Positions 59,851 through 64,000 of a stretch of DNA of 64,000 nucleotides are shown here, one piece after another. A program made the position numbers and the translations under genes. Each line of letters starts with the position of its first letter. Positions within the stretch are counted from its first letter, which is position 1. Origin of the DNA: an uncultured Chloroflexia bacterium. Its GTDB lineage: Bacteria; Chloroflexota; Dehalococcoidia; DSTF01; JALHUB01. The stretch lies in contig CAVSBT010000015.1 in NCBI GenBank assembly GCA_963726245.1, positions 160,001-224,000 of the forward strand, given 5' to 3'. The notes below the pieces were generated by a model that was not told the DNA's origin, ran no database searches, and saw nothing but the letters and a program-made list of their open reading frames with translations.

Positions 59851-61522
59851 TCAGGAGCCCTGAAGGTAGGAGCGGTAGTCGCTCAGGTGCAGATCGATGG
59901 TCTCCGGCAGGTGTTCCGTCACCTGCGTGAGGAGGTCCAGCGTGAGGTTCACCGCCTCGCGCGTCGTCGGCACCGAGGGGTCCCGGCGAAGGATGGTGTT
60001 CATCTCCAGGCAGGCGGCGCTCCGGAAGAGCTGGCGGAACAGGGTGAACTCCTCCCGCAGGCTGTCGGGGGTCTGCTGGCTGGAGAACAGCCTCTCCAGA
60101 ACCCGCTCATCGGCCCTCGCCGAGGGGCCATGACCGGCCTCTTGCAGCAGGCCGTTGATGAAGGCGCGCTCCTGGCTGTCATCCACGGCACGGTAGGCGT
60201 TGTAGGCCGTCTCCATGGTGCCCATGGGCGTGCGGCCCGCCAGCAGGTCGGCGACGAACTGGGCCTCGCTCAGACGGCGGAGGACGCGGTCGTCATCGGC
60301 GTCGCGACGGAGGAGGAAGACGCTGGTGAGGCGGAGAGGCGTCAGCGGGTTTGCGTAGACCCGCTCCTCGCCGAAGACGCGGCTAATGTCGAGCATGGCG
60401 CGGGCGTTGTCGAAGGCCATTAGACGGGCCAGTTCGTGGGCCATCTCCTCATGCGACACGTGCAGGCTGCCATCCAGCTCATTGACCGCGCGACTGAGGA
60501 GCAGTCGCCGGCGGTCCATGAACTCGGCGGTCACGTTGGGGCAGTTCTCCAGCTTCGACTGCATGAGGGCGCCGAGTGCGGCCGGGAAGCTCTCCACGAT
60601 GTTGCTGCGGAGGTAGAACCGCCGCTCAGAGATGTAGGCGTAGGCGGCAGGCGGCGCCTCGAAGTCTATCTCCTCGCCGGCAACGCTGCGCCGTCCGTTG
60701 TCGACTGCGAGGGTGTCCAGAGTGGTGCCCGCGGGGGCGCCGTTGGCGGCCAGCCAGGGGAGCACGCGATAGCCGCGCACCACGGAGCCGTCGGGGCTGC
60801 GGAGGCTCACCGGCGACACGCGCGTCCCATCGCGAAGGGCGACGGCGTAGCGCACGTACACCCAATCGTCGGAGTGGAAGGCGGCGCCCGGAAGACGCAT
60901 CAGACCGTAGGAGGCCGTCGACTTGCCGGTGCCCGTGGGGGCAATGAATAGAATGCCTTGGCCACCGGTGTCCACGGCAGCGCCGTGAATCGAGTGGATG
61001 CCGAACTCGTCGGCCAGGATCCGCCCCACGGCGCCCAGGACCCAGCTCTTGAGCTGGCCGTAGTAGGACGTGTTGAAGAAGACGATAGTGCTCTTCTCGC
61101 GGCTATAGTAGGCGGCCACGTCCTCAGGCACGTGGCCCAGGGCATAGACCATGACGGCGGGCTCGTCCGGGGCCGGCTTCCCTGCCACCCGCTGCCACTC
61201 GTCGGTGGCGAACCAGTTGTCGGTCCAGAAGTCGTATAGGTGCGAGAGGTTGGTGACGGCGCGGACGCGGACGCCGTGGATGACCACGTCGTGGACGCGG
61301 ACATCTTTGGCCTGGGCGGCGGCGTAGGCCTCGGCGCGTCCGATGAGAGCGTCGCGACTGGGCCGGGTCCCTGTCGAGCGCTTTGTCGTGTATGGAGGTG
61401 CGGCTCTTGGTGCGGGTGACGACGTTGCTGACGCCAATGGGCGCCCCGCCCCATTCGAGACTGTCGGGTACTGGCGGCGGCGGCCAGTCGTAGCCCGGAT
61501 CCTTCACCTGCTCGGCGACCAT
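59851..61522 (-). CDS. uncharacterised HPr-kinase/PEPCK-like P-loop protein; frameshift near 61360
   Basis: SIHGAAVD, APTGTGKST, HSDDWVYV; AGGAAG RBS and TTGACA-18-TATGCT promoter. Confidence 0.75.
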
Positions 61523-61807
61523 GCTCTGCTCTTCCTGGCGGGGCCTTGTGTGCAACGGGTGGCCGCACTAGTGACTACATCTATCGTCAGCATAGTTGTT
61601 GTCGATGCCGCCTGTCAAGCCCCCTGGCGCGCAGTTTTATGGATCTGGGCGGTCTTGGGGGAAGTTGGGTCGTGGGAGCAGACCGTGATGCGCGCCACCA
61701 TGGGCACTGTTGCCGTAAGCCTGCGTGTCGTGGGCGTCTGCACGTTAAACAATGGGGGCGCTCCGGTCGATTATGTATTGGGCAGGCCCATTTGGGAGAA
61801 AGCTCAC

Positions 61808-62677
61808 GTGCCGCTAGGTAATCCCCGGCGCCCGGATGCGCGTAGCCGCTGGCGGGCAGCCCTGGACAAGGACGACACCCGCGCAGGGCAAGGTACGCCT
61901 GTGCGGGGCAACCACGCTCAGATCGTGGCCCCATCTTCCGGACCTCCTGCGAAGGGCCTCTTGACCTTAGAAAGGGTTCTGGCCTTCGGTGTCTTGGCCT
62001 GGACGCTGGGCATCATACTCGCCATCTTCAACCAGGCGGACCAGCTCTCCCGGACTTCGGTCATCGGCGTTCTCCTGCTTCTGGGGCTCCTGGCCTTTAT
62101 CGCGGCGCTGGTGCTGATTGTGCCGCGGGTGCGGCCGGCAACGACCGAGCATGTCCTTGTGGAGGCCGCGGTCTGCGACCCGTTGACCGGCCTACCCAAC
62201 GAACGCTACCTTCTGCTGCGCCTTGAAGAAGAGATGGCACGGGCGCATCGAGATGAACGCCCGCTTGCCCTGGCAGTTATCGATATCAATGGCCTGGCGG
62301 TGATAAACGAGCAGCACGGTCGGGACTCCGGCGACGAGGTGCTCCGCCACGTAGCCAGAGTGTTGGAGTCGACCAAGCGAGCGTCTGACATCGTCGCCCG
62401 CCTGGGCGATGACGAGTTCGCTGTCATCCTCTCCGAATGCACGAACGAAGGAGCCCAGGCCTTTGTGCACCGGCTGACGGAGCGCCTGGCGAAGGAGCCC
62501 GCGGGCGCGCTCATCGAGGGCCGTCCTTCTCACATCTGGGTTGGAGTCTGCGCCGGGCTGGCCGACATGTGGCCGGATCAGGAGGCGCCGGCGAATTTCC
62601 TCGACCGTGCCCGAGCTGCTCTTGCCGACGACCGTGAAGAGCGCGAGCATCGACGTCACCTGTGGCGGACGGCGTAG
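61808..62677 (+). CDS. membrane-anchored GGDEF-domain protein (GDDEF variant)
   Basis: two TM helices, DPLTGLPN, INEQHG..GDEVL, ARLGDDEF; start uncertain. Confidence 0.88.
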   Translation: MPLGNPRRPDARSRWRAALDKDDTRAGQGTPVRGNHAQIVAPSSGPPAKGLLTLERVLAFGVLAWTLGIILAIFNQADQLSRTSVIGVLLLLGLLAFIAALVLIVPRVRPATTEHVLVEAAVCDPLTGLPNERYLLLRLEEEMARAHRDERPLALAVIDINGLAVINEQHGRDSGDEVLRHVARVLESTKRASDIVARLGDDEFAVILSECTNEGAQAFVHRLTERLAKEPAGALIEGRPSHIWVGVCAGLADMWPDQEAPANFLDRARAALADDREEREHRRHLWRTA

Positions 62678-62713
62678 CTGACACACATCCCATCCCCTTA
62701 GCACCTCAGGACT

Positions 62714-63247
62714 TCAACTTGCGGCGGCCTTTGTGCGCTCTCGTTCCCTGGTGACGGGATACTGCGCCCTCGCGCGCTGCACGACCCGGCCGATGCCTAC
62801 GAGCAGCGCTAGCGTTGCCTGGGCCTCTCGATCACCCCGGGACCGCGCGGCGGATCGCTCTTGGCCGGGGAACGCTGCCAGTCGCCCGAGAACCTCGCGG
62901 TGGGCGGCGCGTACCGAACGGCGGGCCTGCGGGTGCCGCGGCGCCCAGGCCCAGAGGTCCACTAGCAGGGCGCTCGTAACGTGACGCCGCGCGACGTCCG
63001 CGGCGGCGCGCGCTGGCAGACTCATCTCGCGCCGCAGCTCCTCCAGAGCCGCCTCCTGGAACACGGCCTCCTTGCTCGGGAAGTGATGATAGAAGCCGCC
63101 CTTTGAGACACCGGCCGCCCGGCAGATGTCGTCGACCGTCACAAAGCCAAAGCCCCGCAAGAGGAAGAGCGCCTTAGCAGCTTTGAGTAGCCTGGCGCGA
63201 GTCTGGCTGCCCCGCGAGGCCGGAACGAGGTGGCGGCGAACGTCCAT
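62714..63247 (-). CDS. TetR/AcrR family regulator
   Basis: TRARLL..TVDDICRAAGVSKGGFYHHFPSKE. Confidence 0.88.
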   Translation of the reverse strand: MDVRRHLVPASRGSQTRARLLKAAKALFLLRGFGFVTVDDICRAAGVSKGGFYHHFPSKEAVFQEAALEELRREMSLPARAAADVARRHVTSALLVDLWAWAPRHPQARRSVRAAHREVLGRLAAFPGQERSAARSRGDREAQATLALLVGIGRVVQRARAQYPVTRERERTKAAAS

Positions 63248-63393
63248 CACAGGATGTATCGTCGAAAAGCGGCGTGATCTGAAGCTGCGCACGTAGCACG
63301 GGGCGCCTGACGACGGGCCGGGAACGTTGCCTGAGGTTCTGGTTAGGGTAGCTTCAAACCTAGGGAAAACCCGCACTTAGCCGCGCAGAAGCC

Positions 63394-63446
63394 TTGACAA
63401 GCGAGACATAAGGGCCATAATACATACCGACGAGTCGGTATGTATT
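63394..63446 (+). promoter_or_regulatory. promoter TTGACA-N16-CATAAT overlapped by a perfect palindromic operator
   Basis: AATACATACCGAC-GA-GTCGGTATGTATT at 63419-63446. Confidence 0.8.
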
Positions 63447-63512
63447 GGTGAGACGGACGGTAACGTAGGAAACCAAAGCACTAAGGGAACGGTTCAACCC
63501 GGAGGAGAAACG

Positions 63513-63611
63513 GTGAAAAAGAGACTGGGCCTTGCTCTCGTGGCCCTGGTTGCGTTGGTCATTGTGGCCGCGCAGCAGGCCCCGGTTCTGCTTTGGCGAG
63601 CGTGGGGTTAG
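63513..63611 (+). CDS. 32-aa peptide MKKRLGLALVALVALVIVAAQQAPVLLWRAWG
   Basis: GGAGGAG RBS, GTG start, basic N-terminus and hydrophobic core; promoter upstream and hairpin downstream. Confidence 0.6.
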   Translation: MKKRLGLALVALVALVIVAAQQAPVLLWRAWG

Positions 63612-63660
63612 CCCGTCGGCTAAGCAGGGCCGCATAGTCCTGAAGACTGGCTAATAGCGC

Positions 63661-63696
63661 CCCTGTCGACGCTGGTCCTGGCTAGCGTTGACAGGG
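63661..63696. terminator. hairpin downstream of the peptide ORF
   Basis: ccctgtcgacgctgg/ctagcgttgacaggg 15-bp stem with G-U pairs. Confidence 0.5.
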
Positions 63697-63836
63697 CCTA
63701 GCCTACCGACTCATCAGGCCGCAAGCCACGCTAGCTCGGCGGGCGGGGCCGAGGTAGCGCGGTGTTGAGGCGACTGAACCTTCTGTCTCGCTGAGGAAAC
63801 GCCTCTGCCCACAGGGGCGTTTTCCTTTGGCCCTGC

Positions 63837-64000
63837 TCACGCTGCCCGCCGCCTCTCCCCAGCCATGGCCTTCTCCTTGGACTCCCGCTGCACCCACTCG
63901 TCGTAGGCCTCCAGAAACGCCTCCACCACCTGGGGGTCGAACTGGGCGCCGCTATGCTTCACGATCTCGTCGTGAGCGGCCTCCCAGGGCAGGGCGCGCC
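63837..64000 (-). CDS. C-terminus of an HD-GYP phosphodiesterase (partial)
   Basis: RALPWEAAHDEIVKHSGAQFDPQVVEAFL. Confidence 0.85.
   Translation of the reverse strand, partial: RALPWEAAHDEIVKHSGAQFDPQVVEAFLEAYDEWVQRESKEKAMAGERRRAA

Overview
GC-rich bacterial chromosome segment, most likely Chloroflexota (Dehalococcoidia-like; inferred from gene content and protein style). It is mostly housekeeping DNA: rsmI-metG-tatD-polyprenyl synthase; dnaX-ybaB-recR-ybjQ-recO; relA/spoT and ybeY; leuB-yifB; tRNA-Arg(CCG) and tRNA-Pro(TGG); a PyrR-attenuated pyrR-B-C-carA-carB-pyrK operon with pyrD displaced; and a nickel uptake cluster (nikMNQO, Fur-family regulator, NiCoT). Between the two tRNAs lie a double cupredoxin with an LPNTG motif, PPi-PFK, a carboxylesterase, an agmatinase, an aldehyde dehydrogenase and an ABC system with three tandem binding proteins. 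Many essential genes carry small frameshifts, most likely read or assembly errors. No CRISPR array, integrase or intact transposase was seen. The best leads are: (1) an orphan DpnA-like adenine methyltransferase with four GATC sites packed into its leaderless promoter and start codon; (2) a 32-aa peptide ORF behind a perfect 13+13 bp operator, next to TetR, GGDEF and HD-GYP genes; (3) a compact structured RNA behind a near-consensus promoter at about 14.0 kb, plus two other riboswitch-like folds; (4) a hidden ORF with three CxxC motifs and no canonical start; (5) GTAG-type REP elements that supply stop codons. All calls come from reading the sequence; no database searches were run.
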